From the IMG/VR virus record IMGVR_UViG_3300045988_171811: 43,396 nucleotides of DNA. One strand, 5' to 3'. The first letter of the stretch is position 1; each line of letters opens with the position of its first letter. Origin of the DNA: a virus. Below are positions 17,650 to 25,464 of this stretch, one piece after another. The position numbers were made by a program, and so were the translations under genes. The notes beneath the pieces were generated by a model, which saw nothing but the letters and a program-made list of their open reading frames with translations, was not told where the DNA came from and searched no databases.

Positions 17650-17946
17650 TCAGTGCTCCAGCCACCAATCGGCCAGGTAGGCGATGGTCTCATCGGTCAG
17701 AGCAGAAAGGCCATCGTGGACGAGAATGACTCCGTCAGCATCGTACTGCCAGAGTCCCCAGGAGACGACGTCGTCGCACACGTGGAGTCCGAGCGCCTGC
17801 CCGCCGTGGGTGGTGCCTCGCATGAGGCCGATGGTCTCGCCGGTCTCGTCCACCCAGTAGTCCGTGTCGCCCCACGCGTTGGCGGCAGTGCCGACGGCGT
17901 AGGCGATGCCGGTGTCGGTGGTGATGTTCTCGGTGGTGGTGGTCAT
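17650..17946 (-). CDS. Hypothetical acidic protein, first gene of the leftward accessory operon
   Basis: 98 aa. RBS gagagg-N8-ATG. Faces the divergent intergenic region 17947-18181. Confidence 0.55.
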   Translation of the reverse strand: MTTTTENITTDTGIAYAVGTAANAWGDTDYWVDETGETIGLMRGTTHGGQALGLHVCDDVVSWGLWQYDADGVILVHDGLSALTDETIAYLADWWLEH

Positions 17947-18077
17947 TGTCTTGTCCTCTCTATCTTGGCTGGGTGGCTTGTCCTCCCTGCCAATGTCTTA
18001 ATCGTGTTCTCTCGCGCGCTGTGGGTCAACCCTCACGAGCGGTGACCTATCCCACACAATCAATGTTGTGTAGAGTA

Positions 18078-18107
18078 TTGACAGACACTGGGCGCATGTG
18101 GTATACG
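18078..18107 (+). promoter_or_regulatory. Candidate sigma-70-type promoter for the lysis cassette
   Basis: TTGACA (18078-18083), an 18-nt spacer, then TATACG (18102-18107) preceded by TGg (extended -10-like). Lies 75 nt upstream of the endolysin start. Confidence 0.3.
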
Positions 18108-18181
18108 CGCGCGCACGTACCTATATATGCTAAAGGCACCTCCAGGCGCTCATGATAAAATTATGACTACCGAAAACCTTT

Positions 18182-19654
18182 ATGAAAGGCGGTGCAAAAT
18201 TGGCAGATTCCGTCACAGAATATGCTGCGTCGGAAATGAAATATTGGTGCACCACAGGCGACTACGGGGGAACTGGTTACGCCCAGGATAACCGTTGGAC
18301 CTGCTACTGGAATAGCAATGATGCCGGCTGGAAAACGGGCCCCGGTGACATGGATTGCAGTAGCGGCGTAGCCGGCGCCTACAATATTGCATTCCATAAC
18401 GTCTGGGGAACCGGCTGGGATGACCCGATCATGTTCCCGCGGACCGGCGAGACATGGACTGAAACCCTAAATTCCTTGGCCGCGAATCGCGGTTTCATGG
18501 ATATTGGGGACACCTGGTATGGGTCCACGCCGTCGGGAGGATTCCAGGTCGGCGACCTGGTCCTGAAAACTACCGGGGACGGTGGCCATGTCGCAATGTG
18601 CGTGCGCGAAAACGATGGTTCATTCAATGCGGGCGACCCGCTCCTCGCTGAGGCGTGGATCAATGAGAGTGGTGAAATCGCGGAAGGGCAGATGGGGGAC
18701 CAGACCGGCCATGAAACTCACATAGTCCGGTACAGTAGTCACCCGATGACTGTCGCGGCCTCGTGGTCCACGTGCATCCGTTTCGGAAAGCGGACCGATG
18801 CTGATAACGGGCACGAGTCTGCCGGATCGTACCGCCTTTCTTCAATTCAAGAGGCCGTTCTCAGGGCCGCCGATGTAGAGAATTGCCCGTGGTGGGCCGC
18901 CCTGGCGTGCCTGTGGATGGAAACCGGCGAACGTGGCGCAAACATTTACGGGCACGACGCCGGCGGTGCCGGCCCGCACGGCGAGGAAGTAACCGAGGAG
19001 AATTTCCGCGAGTTCTTTGCGGCAATTCAGAACGGTGAAAACTCGAATGGCGTGGGGCCGTTGCAGATTACGTATCCGGGTTATTTCTTTGATGATCCGG
19101 ATCGTGAGTGGTGGATGCCGGAGAAGTCGGCTGAGGTCGGCTGCCGTATTCTTCGTGATCTTATTAACGCTGAGGGCGATAGTTATGAAGCGTTGAAGCG
19201 TGTTGGGTCGCGTTATAATTCAGGGAATCCGTATGACGCGTATGAGTCTTATGGGATTCTTTTCAGTAATCGTTGCAAGTCTTGGTATGATTATGGTCGT
19301 CCGTCCGGGGGCGCCGGAGAGGAATTTTGGGATATGAGTGAGGGTGTTGATCTGCTCAGGGAGATTCGCGATCTTTTCCGTAGTGGAAAGGCTGGGGATC
19401 ATTTCGCGGGCGACATGAATTGGTACGCTAAGGCGACCTATGAGGAGGTTAAGTCTATTCACGCGTCTGTGGATCAGATTCTGCATTCTGTGACTCCGGG
19501 TCAGGAGAATGTTCGTGAGGCGGGTGCGATTTATGGTGCTGTGAATGAGATTCGTAAGGCGGTGTCGACGCCGTCGTCTTTGCAGGCGCATGATGGTGTC
19601 GCGGAGTCTCCCGTTCCAGATCCGGAGTCTCCTGCCCCGGAGCAGAATTCCTGA
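18182..19654 (+). CDS. Endolysin with two catalytic domains: N-terminal Cys-His peptidase (NlpC/P60 or CHAP-like) plus an SLT-type lytic transglycosylase
   Basis: The N-terminus has DMDCSSGVAGAY...GDGGHVAMCV. The middle region has WMETGERG ... GVGPLQIT ... SRYNSGNP (the E, GLMQ and AYNxG motifs of the SLT family). The start has no clear RBS. Confidence 0.75.
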   Translation: MKGGAKLADSVTEYAASEMKYWCTTGDYGGTGYAQDNRWTCYWNSNDAGWKTGPGDMDCSSGVAGAYNIAFHNVWGTGWDDPIMFPRTGETWTETLNSLAANRGFMDIGDTWYGSTPSGGFQVGDLVLKTTGDGGHVAMCVRENDGSFNAGDPLLAEAWINESGEIAEGQMGDQTGHETHIVRYSSHPMTVAASWSTCIRFGKRTDADNGHESAGSYRLSSIQEAVLRAADVENCPWWAALACLWMETGERGANIYGHDAGGAGPHGEEVTEENFREFFAAIQNGENSNGVGPLQITYPGYFFDDPDREWWMPEKSAEVGCRILRDLINAEGDSYEALKRVGSRYNSGNPYDAYESYGILFSNRCKSWYDYGRPSGGAGEEFWDMSEGVDLLREIRDLFRSGKAGDHFAGDMNWYAKATYEEVKSIHASVDQILHSVTPGQENVREAGAIYGAVNEIRKAVSTPSSLQAHDGVAESPVPDPESPAPEQNS

Positions 19655-19787
19655 CGCGACATGTTGGTGTTCCATCATGGCTTGTTTGGTTGGCATTATA
19701 GTGGGCGTCGTGCCATGATGGAGGCAACGTACGAGGGGCTTCACTCTCTTCCCCCCTCGTAACCCCCCGGTGCCGTAGGGGTGATCA

Positions 19788-19830
19788 CGATCCCCGAGAA
19801 TAGTCGGTGATTGACTATTCTCGGGGATCG
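19788..19830 (+). terminator. Rho-independent terminator after the endolysin gene
   Basis: Perfect 18-nt arms cgatccccgagaatagtc / gactattctcggggatcg with a 7-nt loop, followed by tgttttat. Confidence 0.75.
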
Positions 19831-20003
19831 TGTTTTATATGTGTGCTATACTTCCCTACGTACCGCTTATTGGTTAATACACAAATATTTTCCTACGCGT
19901 TCCGACGGTGCAACAAGAGAATACTATCGCCCTCACGTTTCCTGCATTCTTCCCTTAGCTGCTTTAGGAGTCGACGTGAGGGCGGTAGTATACAATCCAT
20001 CTA

Positions 20004-20234
20004 ATGAAAGTGAAAATTAGGGTGACTAAGTCGCTTTATGTTGCCGCAATTTTTGCGGCCGTCATGGTGACAGCAAACACGGCGTTCATGGTGTATAATG
20101 ACTTCGCCAAGGGCACCGTAAGCGTGACTCGCGATTCTCTGTGGTGTGTTGGTGCGATTATTCTTTGGGCCACCGTACGCACCGTCCGGTTCATGCGGAC
20201 TATCGGCTACTATCCTGGTTTCCACAGAAAATAA
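20004..20234 (+). CDS. Small membrane protein (moron-like insert in the lysis cassette)
   Basis: 76 aa with two hydrophobic segments (LYVAAIFAAVMVTANTAFMVY, LWCVGAIILWATV). Sits in an AT-rich segment bracketed by strong hairpins. No clear RBS. Confidence 0.45.
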   Translation: MKVKIRVTKSLYVAAIFAAVMVTANTAFMVYNDFAKGTVSVTRDSLWCVGAIILWATVRTVRFMRTIGYYPGFHRK

Positions 20235-20241
20235 CCAAAAC

Positions 20242-20287
20242 ATAACATTCCTGCCTAACAATCATCGTTGTTAGGCAGGAATGTTAT
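20242..20287 (+). terminator. Terminator hairpin after the moron gene
   Basis: Perfect 19-nt arms ataacattcctgcctaaca / tgttaggcaggaatgttat with an 8-nt loop. Confidence 0.7.
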
Positions 20288-20343
20288 ATAATACGTGTTG
20301 GCAACCCTGTAAAAACAATCACGACAAAGAGGACATTAGATAT

Positions 20344-20715
20344 ATGACGGTCCCTGTTATGCACGACGTCCTCTCCGATGCCACCCTAGTCGCCTTGGTC
20401 GCGCTCGCTGGCACAATATTCTCAAATGTGATGGGTCGCAAGAATGCGCGTGACCAGGAACAGATCTCAATCTTGGACATTACTGTCAGGTCTCTTTCTG
20501 AGAGGGTGAGCGCCCTGGAGGGGAGTCTTGCGGCGGCCGAAAGGGCGGCGGATATGGCGGAAGATGGTCGCCGTCGGGCTGAAGTGAAATGGTGGGAGGC
20601 CGTCTCTTTCGCACATACTGTTATCGATTGGGGCAGGTCTCTGAAAATTCTGATACCATCTGATAAAGAGGACTCAATCCCTACTGAGCCTCAAATTCCG
20701 GAATCTATGAGGTGA
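20344..20715 (+). CDS. Membrane-anchored coiled-coil protein (lysis accessory or holin-associated)
   Basis: The start is set at ATG 20344 (RBS aagagga-N10). Has an N-terminal TM segment (ATLVALVALAGTIFSNV) and then a coiled coil (SLSERVSALEGSLAAAERAADMAEDGRRRAE). Confidence 0.5.
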   Translation: MTVPVMHDVLSDATLVALVALAGTIFSNVMGRKNARDQEQISILDITVRSLSERVSALEGSLAAAERAADMAEDGRRRAEVKWWEAVSFAHTVIDWGRSLKILIPSDKEDSIPTEPQIPESMR

Positions 20716-20724
20716 TTCATAAAC

Positions 20725-20958
20725 ATGTTTACTCCTGAGGTCCGCAAGGCCCTTTACGCCCTCCTCACCGCTGTTCTCGGTGTTTTTGCGGCTTTCAATG
20801 TTATTTCTGCGGATCAGGCGTCTCAGTATGCTGACGCTGTTACCCAGATTGTCGGTGCTCTGACTCTGGCGCTGGCTACGTATCACACTCGCCCGGGCGC
20901 GGCCGCTGGCCGTCACGCCGCCGGTGAGGGTGAGGCCGCTGAGGACAAGGTAGCCTGA
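20725..20958 (+). CDS. Holin (two-TM, actinophage type)
   Basis: 77 aa. RBS gaggtga-N9. Has two TM segments (ALYALLTAVLGVFAAFNVI, IVGALTLALATY) and a charged C-terminus. Last gene of the lysis cassette. Confidence 0.65.
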   Translation: MFTPEVRKALYALLTAVLGVFAAFNVISADQASQYADAVTQIVGALTLALATYHTRPGAAAGRHAAGEGEAAEDKVA

Positions 20959-20976
20959 CCTCCGCCTTCCACAGAA

Positions 20977-21018
20977 CATTACTGCCCCCTACCGAACATG
21001 CGATAGGGGGCAGTAATG
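20977..21018. terminator. Bidirectional terminator hairpin at a convergent junction
   Basis: Perfect 15-nt arms cattactgcccccta / tagggggcagtaatg with a 12-nt loop. The right arm overlaps the first parS of the pair by 2 nt. Confidence 0.7.
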
Positions 21019-21032
21019 TTTCACGTGAAACA
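21017..21032. promoter_or_regulatory. Perfect consensus parS TGTTTCACGTGAAACA (copy 2)
   Basis: Exact 16-mer, identical to 13832-13847. Confidence 0.8.
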
Positions 21033-21040
21033 CGGGGGCA

Positions 21041-21056
21041 TGTTTCACGTGAAACA
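21041..21056. promoter_or_regulatory. Perfect consensus parS TGTTTCACGTGAAACA (copy 3)
   Basis: Exact 16-mer, start to start 24 bp from copy 2. Ends 2 nt before the stop codon of the RuvC-like gene. Confidence 0.8.
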
Positions 21057-21057
21057 T

Positions 21058-21543
21058 TCACCTCCGTTCCATGTCGCTCCCGACGATGCGGGCGATCACA
21101 TCCTCGTCGTGGCGTTTAGTGACTGCCCACAGGAAGAGATGACGCCCCGCATCACGCACGTCGTCCGCATCGGGCTGGCTCACGTCGGCTCCAGTGGGCC
21201 AAAAACCAAGAGACTTCAAAACATGGTCGGGCATGGTTGTTTTCGCCATTGCGGGAGTCTGCCATACGATATCCCCGATCTCCCATTCCAGCACGGAGTT
21301 GATTTTTACTGGGGTGAGGTCTGCGAGAAAATTGTTGCCCGGTCGAAGATCGAATTGCTCGCACACGACAATGTCTGGGGCGAATTCGTTTCGTGTGGCC
21401 AGAATGTCGTATGCACTGGCGGTCCAATGCTCATACTTGAATTGTTGAACATGAATGATTGAGAATTCGTGGTCGTCGTGGAAGTCTCCGACGACGATTC
21501 CTGTTGATTTGCCGGGATCAACGGCCATCACCCGTTGCATCAT
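21058..21543 (-). CDS. RuvC-like Holliday junction resolvase
   Basis: 161 aa. The N-terminal MAVDPGKSTGIVVG has the first catalytic Asp motif of the RuvC/RNase H fold. ATGA overlap with the upstream gene. Confidence 0.65.
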   Translation of the reverse strand: MMQRVMAVDPGKSTGIVVGDFHDDHEFSIIHVQQFKYEHWTASAYDILATRNEFAPDIVVCEQFDLRPGNNFLADLTPVKINSVLEWEIGDIVWQTPAMAKTTMPDHVLKSLGFWPTGADVSQPDADDVRDAGRHLFLWAVTKRHDEDVIARIVGSDMERR

Positions 21544-22604
21544 GCCTTTTCTCCCCCCTTATTCTTCCGCAAGCCTCGCCGCGACTTGTTCACGGTAGCA
21601 ATACTTTTTACCATGTCCGAACGCACTCCGTCCACCTTGAGCCACAGCGTGTCTGGAGTCATTGGTTTACCTCGACCTTTCTTCAAAGTCCACGGCGTAT
21701 CCGGGTCGTCCGGGAAAGGTAGATTCTTATAGCACCATATTGCACAATCCTGTGGGGAATCGAAATGGAAATCTTCCTTCGGAATGTATCTTTTTAAGTC
21801 GTAGATGCGTCGCATGAGTGAAGGTGTGAGCCATTTCGGTAGTTCCTTGTACATGCGCAGCGATGAGCTAGTGCATGGGCAATTCACGGGTTCGCCGCCG
21901 CTGAAGCGCGAGACACGAATCCACTTCTCTTCCCCGCAATTCACACAACGCATATGAAAATACTTATGGTGATCGCTCATGAACCTGTACTCGGGGGACG
22001 TAACCTCCCACTGCCGGAAACGGCGTCCCACCATTTCCGGCTCTTCCCCAGTCAAGTTTTTGTTCACTGGCTTGACAGGGTGGAGAATGCGGCGGTTGCG
22101 ACCTTTCTTTCTTGTCTTGGTGCGCATGATAGAGATTTCACCGGGGCGAAATACTCCGTTTTCAGTCGCGAACTTCCATTCGAATACAACCGATGGGTTG
22201 AATTCGTTATAGCACCACTCGATAGCCGACGTCATGCCGTCGAACTCAAAATTATCTACACCGTTCTCCTCTCGCCACACCCAAATATTGAGGCGAATAT
22301 CGTTGTAGGAACGGCTTGGCATGAGTGTCTCATTTGCCTTGCGATGGTAGCGCAAATACGGCATGTCCGGCGTGTGATCTAGTGCTACGTCAAGGTTGCA
22401 TGGGGCGATTGGCTTGGTAATGTCAGGGCGCACGAAACGCCATTTCTTGTCCTCGGGAATCTCCAAATAGGTGAAGCACCATTCCAGGGCGGCATCCACG
22501 GAGGGGAAAAGAAATTCCCCGCTGGGGACACTTGTTTGAAGCCTGTCCAGCCTGTTAGCGGCTAGCCTGTACAGTTTGTATGATGGTTGCGTCACTTGCG
22601 TCAT
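21540..22604 (-). CDS. Hypothetical protein with a triplicated WC-motif module and a Cys4 zinc ribbon
   Basis: 354 aa. Three similar segments: VDAALEWCFTYLEIP, MTSAIEWCYNEFNPS and PQDCAIWCYKNLPFP. Also has CVNCGEEKWIRVSRFSGGEPVNCPC. No family recognised. Confidence 0.55.
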   Translation of the reverse strand: MTQVTQPSYKLYRLAANRLDRLQTSVPSGEFLFPSVDAALEWCFTYLEIPEDKKWRFVRPDITKPIAPCNLDVALDHTPDMPYLRYHRKANETLMPSRSYNDIRLNIWVWREENGVDNFEFDGMTSAIEWCYNEFNPSVVFEWKFATENGVFRPGEISIMRTKTRKKGRNRRILHPVKPVNKNLTGEEPEMVGRRFRQWEVTSPEYRFMSDHHKYFHMRCVNCGEEKWIRVSRFSGGEPVNCPCTSSSLRMYKELPKWLTPSLMRRIYDLKRYIPKEDFHFDSPQDCAIWCYKNLPFPDDPDTPWTLKKGRGKPMTPDTLWLKVDGVRSDMVKSIATVNKSRRGLRKNKGGEKA

Positions 22605-22693
22605 TTGCGTGTTTCTCTCTCTTCTCCATTGGGTTGAATAGCGGGGGCAACATGATCGTTGCCCCCGCTATTCAAATCATGCGACCGGGTGTG

Positions 22694-23284
22694 TCAGAAA
22701 ACTACTGACCATGAGTTAGAAGTATCCTTTTTGGCCTCGAAATCAATGGAAGAAATCTCAGCCCTTGGAGGCCAGAAAGCGGGCTTCGGCGCGCCGTCCT
22801 CACCGAGGACCGTGACTCCGTTCTCGTCTTGCTCGTATGCGGGGCGACCATAATCGTCCAAACGAGGACGCGGCTTACTCATTCGTGTCACCAATGTTGC
22901 GTGAGCGCCCTCCAGATTCTCGCACACGCGCTTCACGGTAGTGTCAATCTTCTGGGGTGAGAGAAGGTCGGCCCTCTCCCTGGCGTCGGCCGGCCAGAGA
23001 CCGGCGGCACTGAAATACTTCGGAATGTTGAAGTGAATGAAAGTCTTCCCATTCTTGTTGATAGTGAAAACAGTGCGGTCGGTGAGGGCCTTTCCGGCAT
23101 CCTCGTCGTCGCCGTCGATCATCCAATCGGTGACAAGCATTGGCCTGCCGCTCTTGGAGGTGGTCATTTCGGCCTTGGTGATGAACGCGGAGTGCTTTCC
23201 GGGCTTGGGCGGCTCGAAATTGCCGCCGCCGGTGGCGACTTCCAGTGATGAGAGGTCGGTTCCGAAGTTGAAGCCAGTTGCCAT
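22694..23284 (-). CDS. DUF669-like protein (putative ssDNA-binding partner of Sak4)
   Basis: The start is set at ATG 23284 (RBS aggaga-N9). The N-terminus MATGFNFGTDLSSLEV...GNFEPPKPGKH and the position next to the AAA_24 ATPase are typical of DUF669. Confidence 0.5.
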   Translation of the reverse strand: MATGFNFGTDLSSLEVATGGGNFEPPKPGKHSAFITKAEMTTSKSGRPMLVTDWMIDGDDEDAGKALTDRTVFTINKNGKTFIHFNIPKYFSAAGLWPADARERADLLSPQKIDTTVKRVCENLEGAHATLVTRMSKPRPRLDDYGRPAYEQDENGVTVLGEDGAPKPAFWPPRAEISSIDFEAKKDTSNSWSVVF

Positions 23285-23327
23285 AATTATTGTTCTCCTA
23301 TAAGTCGGTGGTAAAGAATTGCGGTGG

Positions 23328-23441
23328 TCAGTTCGCGCCGTCAGTGGGCTTGCTGCGGAGTGCTTCCCTGATCGCGTCAGCGGCGACGGCGAGAGTCTCA
23401 GCGGAGACACCACGGTCAGCGGTAACAGTGATCTTAGCCAT
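23328..23441 (-). CDS. Small hypothetical protein (37 aa, not in the ORF track)
   Basis: Translates as MAKITVTADRGVSAETLAVAADAIREALRSKPTDGAN. RBS ggaagagag upstream. Fills the gap between two genes. Confidence 0.35.
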   Translation of the reverse strand: MAKITVTADRGVSAETLAVAADAIREALRSKPTDGAN

Positions 23442-23469
23442 AATTGTTTTCTCTCTTCCTGTGTTTTGG

Positions 23470-24210
23470 TTAGTGGTTAGTGATGTAATTGTGAATCTTG
23501 GTCATGCTGGGGTTCCCCATTGCTGGGGGGAACCCGCGCGACTGTTGTTTTGTCACGACGTTGGGTTTGCGAGTGTATAGTACTGGCACGGTGATTTCTT
23601 CGCCGTCCCCATTGTCTACGTTCGCCCATTCCATGTAGCCGACAAAATTGAACAGGGCGGGGATGCGCTGTCCGGACTTCTGTCCCTCGAAGGATGGGGC
23701 GATGAAAACCTCCCCAGTGACCTCACTGCTCTCGCGTGCGGAGTGCGTGATAGCAATGAATGAAATGTCGGGGGCATTCAGGAATACGCTGATCACCTTC
23801 AGCAGGGAATCGTATACTGCCCGCCATTTCGTCCAAGTATCATTCGACACAGCCTCATAGTGAGACAGGATGAGTTCCTGGCACTTGTCCAGCGTGTCGA
23901 ACACTACGGTTCTGTAGGGGAATTCTGCGAGATTGCGTGCAATATTGTCGCAGAGATTGGCGCAATCAAGCCATTTGTCGCAATGCACGACAGTAATGTT
24001 TGCAGGGTTCCCCCAATCCCGTACTGGGAGGGTGCCGGATTCGAAATCAACGTACAGGACGGGCGACATGTCGTCCACCTGTGATGCTGTGGCTGCGAGC
24101 GATGTTTTGCCGACACCACTCACACCATGAATAAGCATGTTGAAATGATTATTCTGTTCCGGGTTCACGACCGTCATTCCGAGACGGGCGAGAGTGTCCT
24201 CGAAAGTCAT
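23470..24210 (-). CDS. Sak4-like / AAA_24 RecA-fold ATPase (recombination)
   Basis: Walker A GVSGVGKTS and Walker B VVFDTLD. The start is set at ATG 24210 (RBS aggagg-N11) rather than GTG 24222. Confidence 0.7.
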   Translation of the reverse strand: MTFEDTLARLGMTVVNPEQNNHFNMLIHGVSGVGKTSLAATASQVDDMSPVLYVDFESGTLPVRDWGNPANITVVHCDKWLDCANLCDNIARNLAEFPYRTVVFDTLDKCQELILSHYEAVSNDTWTKWRAVYDSLLKVISVFLNAPDISFIAITHSARESSEVTGEVFIAPSFEGQKSGQRIPALFNFVGYMEWANVDNGDGEEITVPVLYTRKPNVVTKQQSRGFPPAMGNPSMTKIHNYITNH

Positions 24211-24225
24211 GATATGTTTCACCTC

Positions 24226-24975
24226 CTAACCGTTGACATTGTAGTTTTTGAATGCTTCTGTGTGGCGCTCATGTGAGCAGTACCAACATAGAGAAGACGA
24301 CTGAAGACTGTCAACCCTACCATCATGCGACCTTGCTCTCGCCCAAATGTTTTGGAGTCTTTCTATGGCTGCGAGCGCAACGTCCTGCCGCCACGGGAAA
24401 GAGAACTCACAAATACTGTCCGGCACCACCTCTACACTGCAGTCCCTAGGAAGGGCGACGATGGAACAGTGAGCCACCTCGTGTCCGAGCTGCGTGAGAC
24501 CGTACCCGTAGAGCATGATCTGAATGTAGTATTTACGAAATTGGCTTCCTGCCGCCGTATCAGCGAATCGTGGTAGATCATTGTCCCATTTAATGCTCTT
24601 CCGGAATGCGGAAATCTTTTTCCGTGAGAGCAGCTTCCAGTCTAGGACCGTCGCCGCCGCAATATCGAAACGATCCACGCTCCCAGAAATACGCCCATAG
24701 TCTTCAAGATCGTATACCTCTACTCTCTGCTCCACTAGAACGTTCGGTTCGTTTTTTGTGCGTGATTCCGCGAAAGCATGAAATGCGGTGCCGAGAAACG
24801 GTGCCAGTGGCGTGCCCGTATCCTCCGTGTCGTGCGGGATTCCGAGAAGCTTATCGGCAATGCATCGCTCGCAATCGTCCCCGATTTCACTTACGCCGAT
24901 GCGTGTTTGTTTGTCGCGTTCGGTTGGGGCGAAAACATTACTGACCGCTGTTGCGGCGGCCGGGCTCAAATTCAA
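24226..24975 (-). CDS. PD-(D/E)XK exonuclease, Cas4/RecB-like with a Cys cluster
   Basis: Has DDCERC near the N-terminus and CWYC near the C-terminus (a 4-Cys cluster), plus VDRFD....VLDWK (D...D-x-K). The ORF is open to ATG 25143, but that would overlap the upstream gene by 206 nt. TTG 24975 follows aggaagggga. Confidence 0.6.
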   Translation of the reverse strand: MNLSPAAATAVSNVFAPTERDKQTRIGVSEIGDDCERCIADKLLGIPHDTEDTGTPLAPFLGTAFHAFAESRTKNEPNVLVEQRVEVYDLEDYGRISGSVDRFDIAAATVLDWKLLSRKKISAFRKSIKWDNDLPRFADTAAGSQFRKYYIQIMLYGYGLTQLGHEVAHCSIVALPRDCSVEVVPDSICEFSFPWRQDVALAAIERLQNIWARARSHDGRVDSLQSSSLCWYCSHERHTEAFKNYNVNG

Positions 24976-25204
24976 ATTTCTCCCCTTCCTGAATTGCAGC
25001 GATAGCGGCGAGCCTGACGTCGCGGTGAACTTCAATGTCTCCGCTCGCAATATCTTCAATGAAGAATAGTCTCGCGTCGCCGGCCGGCATGATTTCGTAG
25101 ACCGTGCCGCCGAGCTCTTCTGCCCGCATTGCGGCTTGCTCAAGATTCGAATAGACCCGGTAGTCGCCTTTCTGCTGCGATTCCCATACTAGGTAGACGC
25201 CCAT
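24938..25204 (-). CDS. Hypothetical protein
   Basis: 88 aa with ordinary globular composition. RBS ggaagagagag upstream. Confidence 0.5.
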   Translation of the reverse strand: MGVYLVWESQQKGDYRVYSNLEQAAMRAEELGGTVYEIMPAGDARLFFIEDIASGDIEVHRDVRLAAIAAIQEGEKFEFEPGRRNSGQ

Positions 25205-25249
25205 TAGTATTTTTACTCTCTCTTCCCTGTAGTGTTGATTGGTGGTGTG

Positions 25250-25456
25250 TTATTCGACGATGGTTGCTGTGAGGCCGGCACGCTCCTCGATTGCTGTAGA
25301 AATGACGGCCGCATAGCACTGAATCCGCCAAATGTTCTCCGATCGAATGTTGGGTACGTGCAGTTGCATTGTCTTGACGCCGAATTTAGTGGGCCATTTC
25401 AGAATAATGGTGCGACCGGCGATCTCGTCAATCGTGGTGGCCTGTGTGATGCGCAT
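25250..25456 (-). CDS. Hypothetical protein
   Basis: 68-aa ORF with GGAGGA 12 nt upstream. Confidence 0.5.
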   Translation of the reverse strand: MRITQATTIDEIAGRTIILKWPTKFGVKTMQLHVPNIRSENIWRIQCYAAVISTAIEERAGLTATIVE

Positions 25457-25464
25457 AATATTTT

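Noticed and set aside
23285-23413. The N-terminal extension of track ORF 22694..23413 (MVSPLRLSPSPLTRSGKHSAASPLTARTDHRNSLPPTYRRTII).
   Set aside because: It is Ser/Pro/Arg-rich, overlaps the better 37-aa ORF region, and the internal ATG 23284 has a strong aggaga RBS.
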